64,000 nt of DNA from Octopus sinensis (taxonomy: Eukaryota), in contig NC_042999.1 in assembly GCF_006345805.1 (NCBI RefSeq), positions 63,178,001 to 63,242,000 of the forward strand, written 5' to 3'. The notes beneath the pieces are model-generated. The model searched no databases. It saw nothing but the letters and a program-made list of their open reading frames with translations, and was not told the DNA's origin. Below are positions 13,351-25,357 of the stretch, piece after piece. Each line of letters starts with the position of its first letter. Positions within the stretch are counted from its first letter, which is position 1. A program made the position numbers and the translations under genes.

Positions 13351-14196
13351 TACATATGTGAAAAATTCTGTCTGTGGGTCTGTTTGTGGAGTTGTTAGCT
13401 AACTCCTCCGACATCGTTTTATCAATTCTGATGAAACTTGACACGAGTAGAACTCATGTCTGGAAACCTCGTGGCATACTCAGATTGTTGAAAAAGAAAA
13501 AAAAAAAGAATGATATTAGGAGCCCTGGAAGGGATCTTTATATATATCTAATATATTTCATTTTAAAAACCAAGGGAAATAATACATTCATTTTCCTAAA
13601 TTATTTGGTATAAATCAAATTGAGTTTGCTTATTTCTTAGTATTTGAACAGTTAGTTATTTTCGCAATTCATCCAGTACAACCCTTAAACAAGTAAATAG
13701 TATTTTACTAAACAATAGATCCACTTATTTTGCTTAGTGACTTATTCACGAATATACCAACACTAGCACCCCTGAGGGTAATATTCTCTGGGAACGCACA
13801 AAAGCCCTTTCCAGAGTTATTTACTTTGAATTGTTATTATCTCATATCTTATTAGCCTGATATTACGTAACACGCTTCACGATTTTAGTATACATACCAT
13901 ATTAGTATTTCTTCTTATGTTCTATATACTCCGGGAACGCATTAAGGTCCTTTTCGGGGCTACTTTACTTGAATTCTGACTATCGGATAAATAATTTTAT
14001 GTTATTACATAACTGACTTCACAACTTGAGTATTCCTAACTTATTGTAAGACAGTTCGGTAATCTCTGTAAATGCACAAAAACCGTTTCAAGGGCTAAAT
14101 ACTCTGTATTGTTGTTATTGGATTAGCGAAACAATTATGAGAACGGAACCAAGGGACAAGCCCTGCTTTCCCGGGAATTACCAGGTACGTCAGCTA

Positions 14197-14197
<1 letters not shown>
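13349..14197 (+). mobile_element. Non-autonomous Helitron with internal degenerate ~140-bp repeats
   Basis: TCTGTCTGT-type 5' body, imperfect 3' hairpin and CAGCTAG|T end; the 5' end is hidden in (TA)n. Confidence 0.7.
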
Positions 14198-14254
<57 letters not shown>

Positions 14255-15088
14255 ATATATATATATAAATAAATACACACACATATATATTAGATATATA
14301 TAAATATACATATACATATATATGAATATACATACATACATACATATAAATATACATACATATATATACATTAAATCACCCACATGTTCAGCAACTGAGT
14401 CACAAGTAATTATCATCGCTAGCCTCATTATATTATGCCAGTTGTAAAACAGAAGCGAGGAAGGTGTCGTTATTGGCGACGTGAGTTTTACACACACAGC
14501 TGACATTCCATCGTGAACGGGGAGAGAACATATCAGAATGGCTGGACACCGATGATAAAGAGCTGATCAACAAAGATGAGCCGTGACATCAACATTTTCA
14601 TCTGTGGCAAGCTACCTTAATTAGACATTTGAAGGCTATCAATTGTTGCTTAACATGGTTACGCTTCCAAGTCTTGTTAACCCACAAATAAAATATATTA
14701 TATAATATTATATTATATTATATTATATTATATTATATATAAACACACACATGTGTGCGCGCACGCGTGCAACTATGCATGCGACTGCCTCAATTTAACC
14801 ATTCAACACACACACAGCACAAAACTCAAATGTGTGAACGCCCACGAACGTAATACTGTGAATGCTTAAACAGATGATTTCGAAGTTTCGTCGGTCGTTC
14901 ACTCGTCACAAAGTCTATTGATGCCAATGACCGGCGCAAAAAACCAAAACAAAAAACCCTTCGAAGTCACTATCAAGCAATCCACCTTTCTTTCTGAAAA
15001 TAAACGAAACTTCAATTAACGTGCTACAATATTCTATTTATAACTTTATAAAAACAAACACTAATATTATATATATATATATATATAT

Positions 15089-15132
<44 letters not shown>

Positions 15133-15481
15133 GAAAGAAGGTTTGAAAATGCAATTTTAAAGATGGTTATTCACTTGACTGGTTTCACTTTTTTTTGAAA
15201 AAGATTGTCAAAAGTAAAATGTAAAGCTTTGTTGTGTTAAGTACTGGTTGTCACAAAAGTATTAAAATACATATATACATTCTTTGATAATAATAAGAAA
15301 ATGTTAAAAACAGTTCACAAGAAGGTATTTAAGAAAATATTCAACAAAAAGTATAAAGAGTTCAATATAAACCATGTTGCTTTGGTAGTATATAAATACA
15401 CAGAGGAAGATATGTTTAAGAATTTACAAAAAATTGGAGAGAAACCAACCTATCTTATGGGCATTTTGTTTGTTTTTCTGT

Positions 15482-15512
<31 letters not shown>

Positions 15513-15771
15513 TATACACACACATATATATATGAGACCAAAAGTGTACGTACGCCGCTATTTGTCTATATAAAAAATAAACAAAACAAAAAAAATGGAA
15601 CAAGAACATAACAGGCAACAGCAAAACACCCGGACAGTTAGACGATACAAGGAAGTACAGGTAAAAACAAGGACGGATCATTCGGAGCTTCCTATCGTCA
15701 GTTGAGTTCCAGATCATCCCAACAGTTTCGGCCTATATCTATCTATCTATCTATATATATATATATGTAGG

Positions 15772-16092
15772 TAAAGAACCCCTTTGGTGATGAATGGCCA
15801 TGAGATTGCACCTAGAAAGTTACCCTCTGAGGCACAAGTCTGGGAAAAGGTTGTTTATGGAAGAACAGCAGTTATTCATGCATACCAGCCTCTCCTCTCT
15901 ACACCAAGGGAAAGGCAGAATCCAATACAGCTTGAAACCAGTGACATCTCAACTCATTTCTAAAGCTGACAGAACTGGAGTAACGAAATAAAGTGTCTTG
16001 CACAAGAACACCACACACAGGCTGGTCCAGAAATCGAACTCACTACCTCATGATTGTAAGCCCGACACTCTAACCACCGAGTCATGCGCCTA
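15772..16092 (-). mobile_element. tRNA-derived SINE with family D-like body and a unique tail
   Basis: B box AGTTCGATTTC, GTGTTCTTGTGCAAGACACTT body. Confidence 0.65.
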
Positions 16093-16098
16093 AAGGTA

Positions 16099-16134
<36 letters not shown>

Positions 16135-16144
<10 letters not shown>

Positions 16145-16728
16145 AAATCAAATATATATATATATATATTCTACATAATCCCAAGTATATAAATATAAAA
16201 ATATAAAAATACATATAAATAAATATCGATATGATACATAAAACACAGTGAATTTTAGATTTAAAAGTTACAATACATTGGGGGTAATAAAAAATTGAGA
16301 TGATAAAACATTAAAAGGACATACCACGAAAATATTACAAAAATTTAAAAATTACGGACCGTTTCAGAGACGTGCCAAGTAATATATTTCATATTTTTAA
16401 AACTGACACTCCCCTCATCAGGATGTTTTTACACAATGCAAAAAAAAAAAAAAAGAGAAAAAACAAAACAAACAAATACAGTAATACAATTATACAACTG
16501 CATACCAGCCTCTCGAGAAATTAAGACAAAATATTTGTAATATTTTCGTGGTATTTTAGTACGTCGCTTTTAATGTTTTATCATCTCAAATTTTTATTAC
16601 CCCAATGTATTGTAACTTCTAAATCTAAAATTCACTGTTTTATGTATCATATCGATATTTATCTATTTATATGTATTTTTATATTTATATATTTGGAATG
16701 TTTATATCAGTTTTATAAATGTAGAAGA

Positions 16729-16759
<31 letters not shown>

Positions 16760-16770
16760 ATTTTGTGTGT
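16135..16770. mobile_element. Penelope-like remnant: inverted arms around a hammerhead core
   Basis: Arms ~16135-16342 and ~16534-16770 are inverted copies. The spacer carries CTGATGA...GAAACGGTC on the minus strand. Confidence 0.6.
16350..16428 (-). ncRNA. Putative hammerhead ribozyme, degenerate stem I
   Basis: CTGATGA, ~12-bp stem II (GGGGA-GTGTCAG / TTGGCAC-G-TCTCT), GAAAC-G-GTC. Confidence 0.5.
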
Positions 16771-16829
16771 GGTTATTAATTATGTTCCTCTAGCTTCCAC
16801 TTGCATTGCCTCCATTCAGATTATTAAAC

Positions 16830-17067
16830 GGTATACGTATGTATATATATACACACACACATATATATGTATAGATATACATAAACACATACACACATAT
16901 ATATATATACAGACATATATATACACATGCACACATATATATACATGTATATACAGGTACATATATATACATATATATAACTGTACATTAACTGTATATA
17001 ATATATATCATATATATACACATACATATATATGCCCACATATACATCTATATATATATATATATAT

Positions 17068-17102
<35 letters not shown>

Positions 17103-17122
17103 CATACATACATACATCTATC

Positions 17123-17154
<32 letters not shown>

Positions 17155-17225
17155 TATACACACATACATATATATATACACACACATAAATATATATACA
17201 TACACATATATATGACACATGTATA
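16830..17225. repeat. Compound (TA)n/(CA)n microsatellite
   Basis: Direct inspection; many other (TA)n, (TG)n and (AAT)n tracts throughout the window. Confidence 0.95.
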
Positions 17226-17438
17226 TAAATACATATTGAAAGTAATAGAAATGAAAGTAATATAGATAGATACATGATGAAAATAATCGAAATTGAAACC
17301 ATGTAATATTGAAACTATTAATTGAGAAGATATTGTTTCACTTTTGACACATAATATGGAAACAGTGTAAGAGATAAGAGATCGCTCCAAGCTCGCATTA
17401 GGTAAGATGTTGAAAATTTTTGTGGCCGACGACATCGC

Positions 17439-17506
<68 letters not shown>

Positions 17507-17554
17507 TATATATTTATATGGCTCACATATATATGGCACAATTGATTTGCGTCG

Positions 17555-18070
17555 AGAAAGACCTATATGAGATGCAGTCTTCCAAGCGATATAGCTGCAA
17601 GAGAAATATTGGCTAAGAGTAAACCATTATTGCTGGCCTTCATTGACCAAGAGAAGACATTTGACAGGATACAGTGTTCAGTAATCTGGTCACCAAGGAA
17701 ACTAGGAATTGACAATTTTTCCTGTGAGAGCTGCACAAGCCATGTACGAAGATGCAGTACGTAAAGTGAGTATCAAAATCGACTTCAGTCAAGAATTTGA
17801 CACGAGTTGGAAGTCCGCCAGGGTTCAGTCTTCAGCTCTCTTCTATTCATCATAGTACGACAGAGGAGCTTAAGACTGGCAGCCCATGAGGACTCCTATA
17901 AGCTGAATCTATATAGGAATTAGAGAGGAGATTCCAGGCATGTAAGCGAAATCTAGAATTGAGAAATTTTATGGTAAACTTAGCAAAGACGAAGGCTTTA
18001 GTAAGTAAGAAAGAAAACAGCTCCCTGGTACTTCCAAAGAAATAGCTTTACCCAGTATGGAGAAACAAGG
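17555..18070 (+). mobile_element. RTE-clade LINE RT fragment, degenerate
   Basis: LAKSKPLLLAFIDQEKTFDRI, RKLGID, QAMYEDAV, V(R)QGSVFSSLLFIIV, EELKTG, ELERRFQA, VNLAKTK across frameshifts. Confidence 0.85.
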
Positions 18071-18439
18071 CCGACAATCCATCCTCTAATGTATTTTTTA
18101 AACCTAAATATAGACTCAACAACTCTGTGTGTGTGCATATTTATCCCACTATCTAGATACAAACAATACACTTGATCATTGCATCATTATGAAGTCACCT
18201 CTCACCAACATTTGAGTCAAGTATTTAAACTGTAAAATAGATGCAACATTAATTGTTGCTACAGGCAGATTAAAACTTCCCTTTATCTTGCCCATAGAGC
18301 TGGTGGCTCAACATGATTTCAAAAGAGTTTAAGTGTATGTAAGAAATATTCTCCTGCAAAGGAAGCTAGTTTATTGCAAGTAACTTCACGGGAAAAGAAA
18401 CATGTACCTATTTCTCCATTCAGTCATTAGACAGACTGT

Positions 18440-18765
18440 ATCTCTCTCTATATATAAACGGCAAAATGTCTGTGTGTGTGTGTGTCCTTTATACAAATCC
18501 ACAATTTTTCAGTTAGAGGGCTCGCACTTTCTATGGTTATTCAAAACCGTCCAAGGGTGGTCGTGCACATCTTTACATTTCCCCAGTCACCCAGCAAAGT
18601 CATTTAAAAAAATCAATAGAAGTGGCTGTTTTGTGAATTTTCTATCCAAAACCCAATCAAAATGCCCGAAACTTGATACGCCAATTGAATGCCAGCTAGC
18701 TGTATGTGATTGGTCGGAGATTTGGACAGTACTCGCGTGTATGTGCGCACGCACGCAGCTGTATA
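18440..18765 (+). mobile_element. Helitron-like 5' fragment
   Basis: TCTCTATATATAAACGGCAAAATGTCTGTGTGTG start typical of these non-autonomous Helitrons; no CTAG/hairpin end found. Confidence 0.45.
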
Positions 18766-18861
18766 TGCATGCACTAGCACTAGAAACGGACTTAGTAGAC
18801 AGAAACTGAAAGAAACCTGTTGTGTGTATGTGTGTATGTGTAATCTCATCTGCATACACCC

Positions 18862-19532
18862 TGTATGCCAGATTTAGTACCTGCGGACTTCCAACTCTTC
18901 CCCAAGATGAAAATGCAGCTCATAGGTTACTGTTTTAACCCCATTGTCGAGATCAAGAGCGAATTGCAGAAGGTCCTCGTCTCGCATAGGGAAAATGGCA
19001 TCCCGGCCAGATTCCAAAAGTGGCAGAAATGCTGGGGCCGGTGTAGTGCTGCGCAAGGTGGTTATTTCAAAGGAGATGATGTTAAAACTTACTCTTTTAC
19101 TTGTTTCAGTCATTTGACTGCGGCCATGCTGGAGCACCGCCTTTAGTCGAGCAAATCGATCCCAGAATTTACTCTTTGTAAGCCTAGTACTTATTCTATC
19201 GGTCTCTTTTGCCGAACTGCTAAGTTACGGGGACGTAAACACAACAGCAATGGTTGTCAAGCGATGTTAGGGGGACAAACACAGACAGACAGACACACAT
19301 ATATATATATACACACATATATACGACGGGCTTCTTTCAGTTTCCGTCTACCAAATCCACTCACAAGGCTTTGGTCAGTCCGAGGCTATAGTAGAAGGAA
19401 CTTGCCCAAGGTGCCACGCAGTGGTTCGTAAGCAAAGCTTCTTACCACACAGCCACTCCTACGCCTACTTAGGTAAGTTATTATTTTTTTTATTAAACAT
19501 AACTAGTCTGGGAACTTTTTGAAATCACCTCG
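18862..19532 (+). mobile_element. Mariner transposase 3' end and right TIR, split by a SINE (19089-19467)
   Basis: PDLVPADFQLFPKMK...FQKWQKCWGRCSAAQGGYFKGD. The TIR reads CGAGGTGATTTCAAAAAGTTCC on the minus strand and ends at 19532 before TA. Confidence 0.85.
19089..19467 (-). mobile_element. SINE family A, young, inserted into a mariner remnant
   Basis: Full length; short ACTT duplication at the junctions. Confidence 0.9.
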
Positions 19533-20189
19533 TAGACATGACGTGATCATTGTAAATGAACATCACCATCATGTAAGGCTGTTTGTTTCTAGTATTCTCT
19601 GAAAACATGTCTAGCTATGGGAAAACATCACCTTGCTAGGTGAAGGTTGGCAATAGATAGACTATCAGGCTGTAGAAAATCTGCCTCGACAAATTCTGTC
19701 TGATCCATACACACATAGAAAAGTGGACGTTGAACGATGACGAACCATTTACACAAAGAAGGCAAAGAATAAATGACTGTGTGCAGAATAGAACTAACCA
19801 AGATTAATACAGGACATATATATATCGTGTGATAAATTTACAGATCACTTAAAAACAAAAGTTTAAACTATCCTCAGAGTTAATAAGAGCCAGGAATTAA
19901 ATAAAAAATTAGAGGTTGTCTGTGCCAACAAAAATAATTTTGTCACACGTAATTTGTTTAATTAATCATTAAGTAATTTCTCTTTTACTGAAGGAAAGGC
20001 TTGGCTTGATATGTCAGTAAATTTGTTTCACCATGGTATATGGACTTACAAAAAAGGGCCATAGGCATTGTTTTTCTTCCAGACTAAGTGTTAAAAAAAG
20101 GGAGTTACACTGGAGTTTCTTTGCTGGGATAAAAGGGGAAAAAAGATAAAAACATTCTTACAAAATCATTGCTATTTTGCCCCATCTTT

Positions 20190-20575
20190 TATCTTTTACT
20201 TGTTTTAGTCATTTGACTGTAGCCATGCTGGGGCATGAACTTGAAGGGTCTTAGTTGAACAAATCAAACCCAGGACATCATCATCATTGTTGTTCGACCG
20301 TGGTTGGGACAATGGGATTTACTATGTTACGCCAGACTTCACGGTCCGACATAGGACATAGGTTATTCTATCTCTACTGAACTACTGGTTGTAAAGTGGT
20401 AGTTTGGGGCACGGACACACACAACAGCTTTCTTTCAGTTTCCATCAACCAAATCTACTCACAAGGCTTTGGTAGGCATGAGGCTATAGTAGAAGACATT
20501 TGCCCAATGTTCCATAACCAGAACCTGGTAGTTGGGAAGCTAACTTCTTACCACACAGTCACACCTATGCCTAGC
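20190..20575 (-). mobile_element. SINE family A, internally rearranged, CpG-decayed
   Basis: Tail at 20190-20275 and head at 20385-20575. Confidence 0.7.
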
Positions 20576-22093
20576 CATGATTAAATACATCTATTATTTT
20601 GTCCAACCTAGGATCTTTGTATGTCTAGTGATAGTGTGGATCTGCATCTGGAAACTGTCTTTTTAAAGCCCATACCTAAGTAAGGTTAAAGGAGACCAGT
20701 AGTTGTCTATACCTGCATGTCTCCCTTCTCCATGCCATTGATGTTTACCCAAGGGTCAGTACAGCTTAGCACTGCTGTTGTTGCTGTCACAACGCTAAAA
20801 GCTGGAATACATACTGCAAGGCAGCTTCAGCAATACTGTAACAATTCTATAAATCCATTGCCTTGGACAGGCAATGACCCGCATGTTCCCCAAATGTTGG
20901 TCTTGGCTAGATTTGAACTAGTGCATATCTGGAACAAATATTACAACAGCCATTCTAAAACTAATAACTTGGCCAATCTGTCAGCATAAATTATATATTG
21001 CATGTTATTTTGTTTCATAAATATAAGATGGTAGAGTATGATCTGAGGGGGATTTGGTTATTTCTAGTATGTCAAATGACCATATAGAAGCACTCATGTT
21101 GGCTTATTACTGACAAAGTAACAAAATTAGCTAAAATAAATATGGAAAAAAAAAGAAAAGAAAAATTAGAAAAAACAAATGAAAACCAGCTTCTTTTAAT
21201 AATTAACAAAAAAAATTCTTGCTAGACAGATGGCAGACTCTCATCATAGAACATTGCTTTTGAACAATAGCTTCTAGAGAATGCGTGTTTCTTTGAAGCA
21301 TAGCTCCAATTTATAGAATATATCTGCTGGTATGCAATACGTTTGAAGAATTAGCATGCTGTTACCATTCTTGTAATTCCAAACTGAGAAGAACAGCCTT
21401 TGAGGGCGTCTATCCACATATATATAGCTGTTGACTTGCATACCTGACTTTGCTGCTGTGCCTGATGGCGACGTATGAGATGGTGGCGTAGTGAGAGTGA
21501 CGATGATGACGGTGAGTCTGCTAAGCCAGCAAGCATCACCTACTTTCCACCAATTGGAATGATCTATACTTCCTGCCACTGACATTGAACGCATCACCAA
21601 AGTAGGGTGCTAGAAAAACAACTTTTGAGAGCTCGACATAGGAAAAATTCCAAGGGATTAAAACAAAAACCTTTTGGAGTTTGTGTCTGTAAATACCACA
21701 CATACAATGTGTTCAGTATGTAGGCATTGATATGCGAAGAAGTTGAATAAATTTTAGATACACTGACACTTGGTTTATTTGAAAACAATATCGAAATTTT
21801 GCAAAATCCATTTACTTTCTGTTGGAGTTGGGTGGGGGTGGGAGTGGAATGTAAAACAAAAAAAGATATAAAAGCAAAAATTCTTTTTCATACATTCTTG
21901 TCCACATGAGCAGAGGAGAGATAGATTTTGTAAAAATTCCGACATTTGCATGTCAGTGGAACAATTTTTTATTTGTGTGTTAGGTAGAAAAAAAAAACCC
22001 CATCTTACGTATCACTAACATTCTGCTATGAGGTAGTAGTGACTGGGAGAAAGTATTTGTTATCAATCAGACTGATATAATGATATAAACAGC

Positions 22094-22157
<64 letters not shown>

Positions 22158-22271
22158 TGTGTGTATATATATATATATTATTTCAATTTTTAAAAAATTT
22201 AATCTAGTTTCAGCTCACGAGCTGTGGCCATGCTGGGGCATCGCCATTTGGTGTTGCTACATGATTTTACT

Positions 22272-25200
22272 TCACGAATGCTTTTTAGCAACTGCCATTT
22301 GGTGCATGAGAGAGTTCGATGCAGCTGCCCTCATCTGCACCTCCTGCCGTGAAGTTGGTTCATCTGGGACACCTGACAAGAAGAGATCCAGTTTCATTTT
22401 AAAGACATCTGCATCCACCCCAAGCAGGTCTCTTAGGTTCTTCAGGAGGATATTGAAGAGCTGTGGGTCTTTGAAGCCCAAGCTATCACAGTATCTTGTC
22501 CTACATCTTGATGGCAAATTTGGAGTCCTTGGCACCACGCAGTGGCGCCCAGTTCTGGCATTTGTGTAACTCTCGATGCCAAAGTTTGGGACAAGTCCTT
22601 CTAGGATCTTCCAGATGTATATTATGGCATATCTTTCTCGCCTACGCTCTAAGGAATAGAGTCTTAATCTCTTGAGTCTTTCCCAATAGCATATATGCTG
22701 CACAGAGGCTATCTTCTTCGTGTAGCTTCGTTGGATCGCCGCAAGTTCTGTGATCAACTTGACACTGGATGGTGACCATAGCTGAGAGCAATAGTCAAAG
22801 TGGCTTAGGACAAGTGTCCTCCAGAGGACCATCATGGTTTCTTGGTCTCTTGTTCTAAAGTTTCTAAGAATCCATCCGGCCAGCCGCCTACATTTCATTG
22901 CCAATTTAGCAACATGTACATGAAAGGTTGCGTCATCACTCATGTAAATACCCAGGTCACGCACTGATTGTGCCTCTGGGATTGCAATCCCTCCAGGTCC
23001 AGTGTATTCATTGGGTATTGCATTTAGTTTTGCATGCTGATAGCATAAAGCTTGGAACTTTTCAGCATTGAACTGCATGCTAATATTTTCAGCCCACTTG
23101 TATATTTTGTCCAGCTCACATTGCAGGTGCTTAGTGCCTTCAGGGTTCTGTATTGCCTGTGAAACTTTTGTATCATCTGCATAACTTGTGAGCGTGGCTC
23201 TCTGCGTGGCTGAGGGCATGTCTGAGAGGGCCATTATGAACAGTAGTGGTCCCAAAACAGTGCCCTGCGGAACACCGCTCACTATTTGCGTGTTAATGGC
23301 AGTGGCCCCATTGGCTACTACCACCTGACTTCTATCCTTCAGAAAGTCATGAAGCCATTCTCCCAATTTTCCAACTATGCCAAGATCACGTAGTTTGTGA
23401 CATATCATTCCATGATCGACTTTATCAAAGGCCTTTGCAAAGTCGAGATATATCACTTCCACATTTGAGTGGTTGAGCAGTCGTTTCAGCACCCAGTCAT
23501 ATGTTGTAGGAGCTGAGTTAAGCAGCTTCTTCCAGGTCGGAAACCATGTTGGGTGTCAGGTAGCAAGTCATTTTCTTCAAGGAAGGTGATTAGTTTCCTT
23601 CTGACCTTGCTGATGTGTGAGGTCAGAGAGATAGGTCTGTAGTTCTTGGCTTCCGCTCTGCTACCTCCTTTATGAATAGGGCATATTTTACCTTCCTTCA
23701 GTTTTCTTGGAAGTTTGCCAGTTGCAAGGAAGCTCTGAAAGAGGAACTGCAGTGGTCTTGCTAGGACTCTCTTACATACTTTTAGAAAGATTGCTGGGAA
23801 TCCATCGGGGCCAGTAGCTGAGTCTGTTTTCATTTCATCTATAGCCTTTATTACATCGTCTTCCTTTATATTGATGTAATCAATCATCGCTGCCTCTGAT
23901 TTTATATCTGCAGTGGTAAAGAAGTCAGTTGGATTGCTGACTTGGAAATGCCCAAGGGGTGGAGTGAAAACACTATTGAATTGCTCATTTAGTATTTCAC
24001 TTACCCTGATTGGATTTCCTGTGAGTGTGCCATCCTTTTCAAGGAGTGGCCCTATCCTACAGTGCACCGTAGCTGTTTCTTTGGCATACCTGTAGAAAGC
24101 TCTGGGGTTAGATTTTATGTTGTCTATAGCCCAGGCTTCTTTGTCTGCTCTTTCCTTTTCATGGGAGAGTTGCAGACATTTTTCAGTTTCCAACAGTTTT
24201 ATTTTCAGGCGGGACTTTTCACTGCTTTCAATTTGTTTGTTTAGGCGATTTGAAACTTTTGTACGTCGTCTCATTAGAATTTTCCTCTCTCTGGGGATTT
24301 TGTTTTTGTGTACAGTGGCCTTTCTCTCTGGGACACATTTGTAGCACATGGCTTGCATTACAGACATGAATTGTTGAAGCTTCATGTCGATGTCTGGCGA
24401 GGAGAGACATTCAGGCCAGTTTTGTTTGAGGATCTCTTTCTCAATTTGTTTCCAGTTTGCCTTATGGAAGTTCAAGCTGGAAAGATTCTGAGAGTTTCTT
24501 GTAGGCTGCATGTCCATGCTTTCCTTTGGCCCGTACATGGTCAGCTCTACCATGTTGTGATCCGACAGTAGTGTCGGTATCACTTTCACATTATGGATGA
24601 GATCCATATTACTTGTGAAGCAGAGATCCAGTATGTTACCTGCCCTGGTTGGTTGGAGTATTACTTGCTCCATGTACAGGGTGTTGATGAGGTTCAGGAG
24701 GGACCTCGCCTGCCCTCGTTCACATCGTGTCATTCCTGGGAGAGAAAGGCCCTCGGGCCATCTGACATTGAGTAGATTGAAGTCTCCCATAAGAAGTACA
24801 CTTATGTGTTGTTCTAATGTAACTAGAACTTCTATTTTTATAAGGCAGATTTCAAACTTGCCTACATGGCTTGGGGCATCTGGAGGGCGATATGTAGCAT
24901 ACACAACTACACCAAGTTGCCTTATATGTACAATTAGTGTGTCACACACCGAGTTTGAGTATGACAAAAGGACCTGGGGTGTGAGGTCCTCACGGATGTA
25001 CATAGCAACTCCTCAATGACTCCTTTCTTTTCTGTCGGTCCGTAGTACAACATACTGTGGTATGTGTAATTCCGCATCTGCTATGTCCGGTTTCAGGTGT
25101 GTTTCCGTAAGTGCTATGCATAAGGCTTGATTGCATGCAACAAAGTCTCTCAAGAACGGGATTTTTGTCCTATTACTGAGTGTTAGCAGTCCTCTGATGT

Positions 25201-25357
25201 TCAGTAGGAGCATCGAGGTGAGGTGTATGCTGTTGCCGGCGGTGTCCACCTTGGGTCTATTTGCTGTGGCGGTCTTGTGTATTGTGGATAGTCCCATCTG
25301 TGTGTTCGAGTTTGATGGAGCCAGGATAGCTGCTGTACAATCTTTTATGCCATGCAC
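22272..25357 (-). pseudogene. LINE ORF2 (AP endonuclease + reverse transcriptase), disrupted
   Basis: Three ORF-track pieces join into one. There is an in-frame TGA at 25013-25015 in RSH*GVAMY (expected GG) and a 1-bp deletion near 23500 (QHMTGC* versus QHYDWVLK). A short in-frame deletion in SHISKV/RRKL is probable. Confidence 0.92.

Noticed and set aside
15690-15735. GAAAC...CTGACGA hammerhead-like words on the minus strand (similar order at 26360-26400 plus)
   Set aside because: The motifs are in permuted order without closable stems, and the second GAAA is GAAT. Possibly Penelope remnants, but the fold is unsupported.
14135-17616. Many ORFs rich in YI/IY/HT/CV (also ~36.2-36.8, 47.6-47.9 and 62.3-62.8 kb)
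   Set aside because: These are translations of (TA)n, (CA)n and (GATA)n microsatellites.
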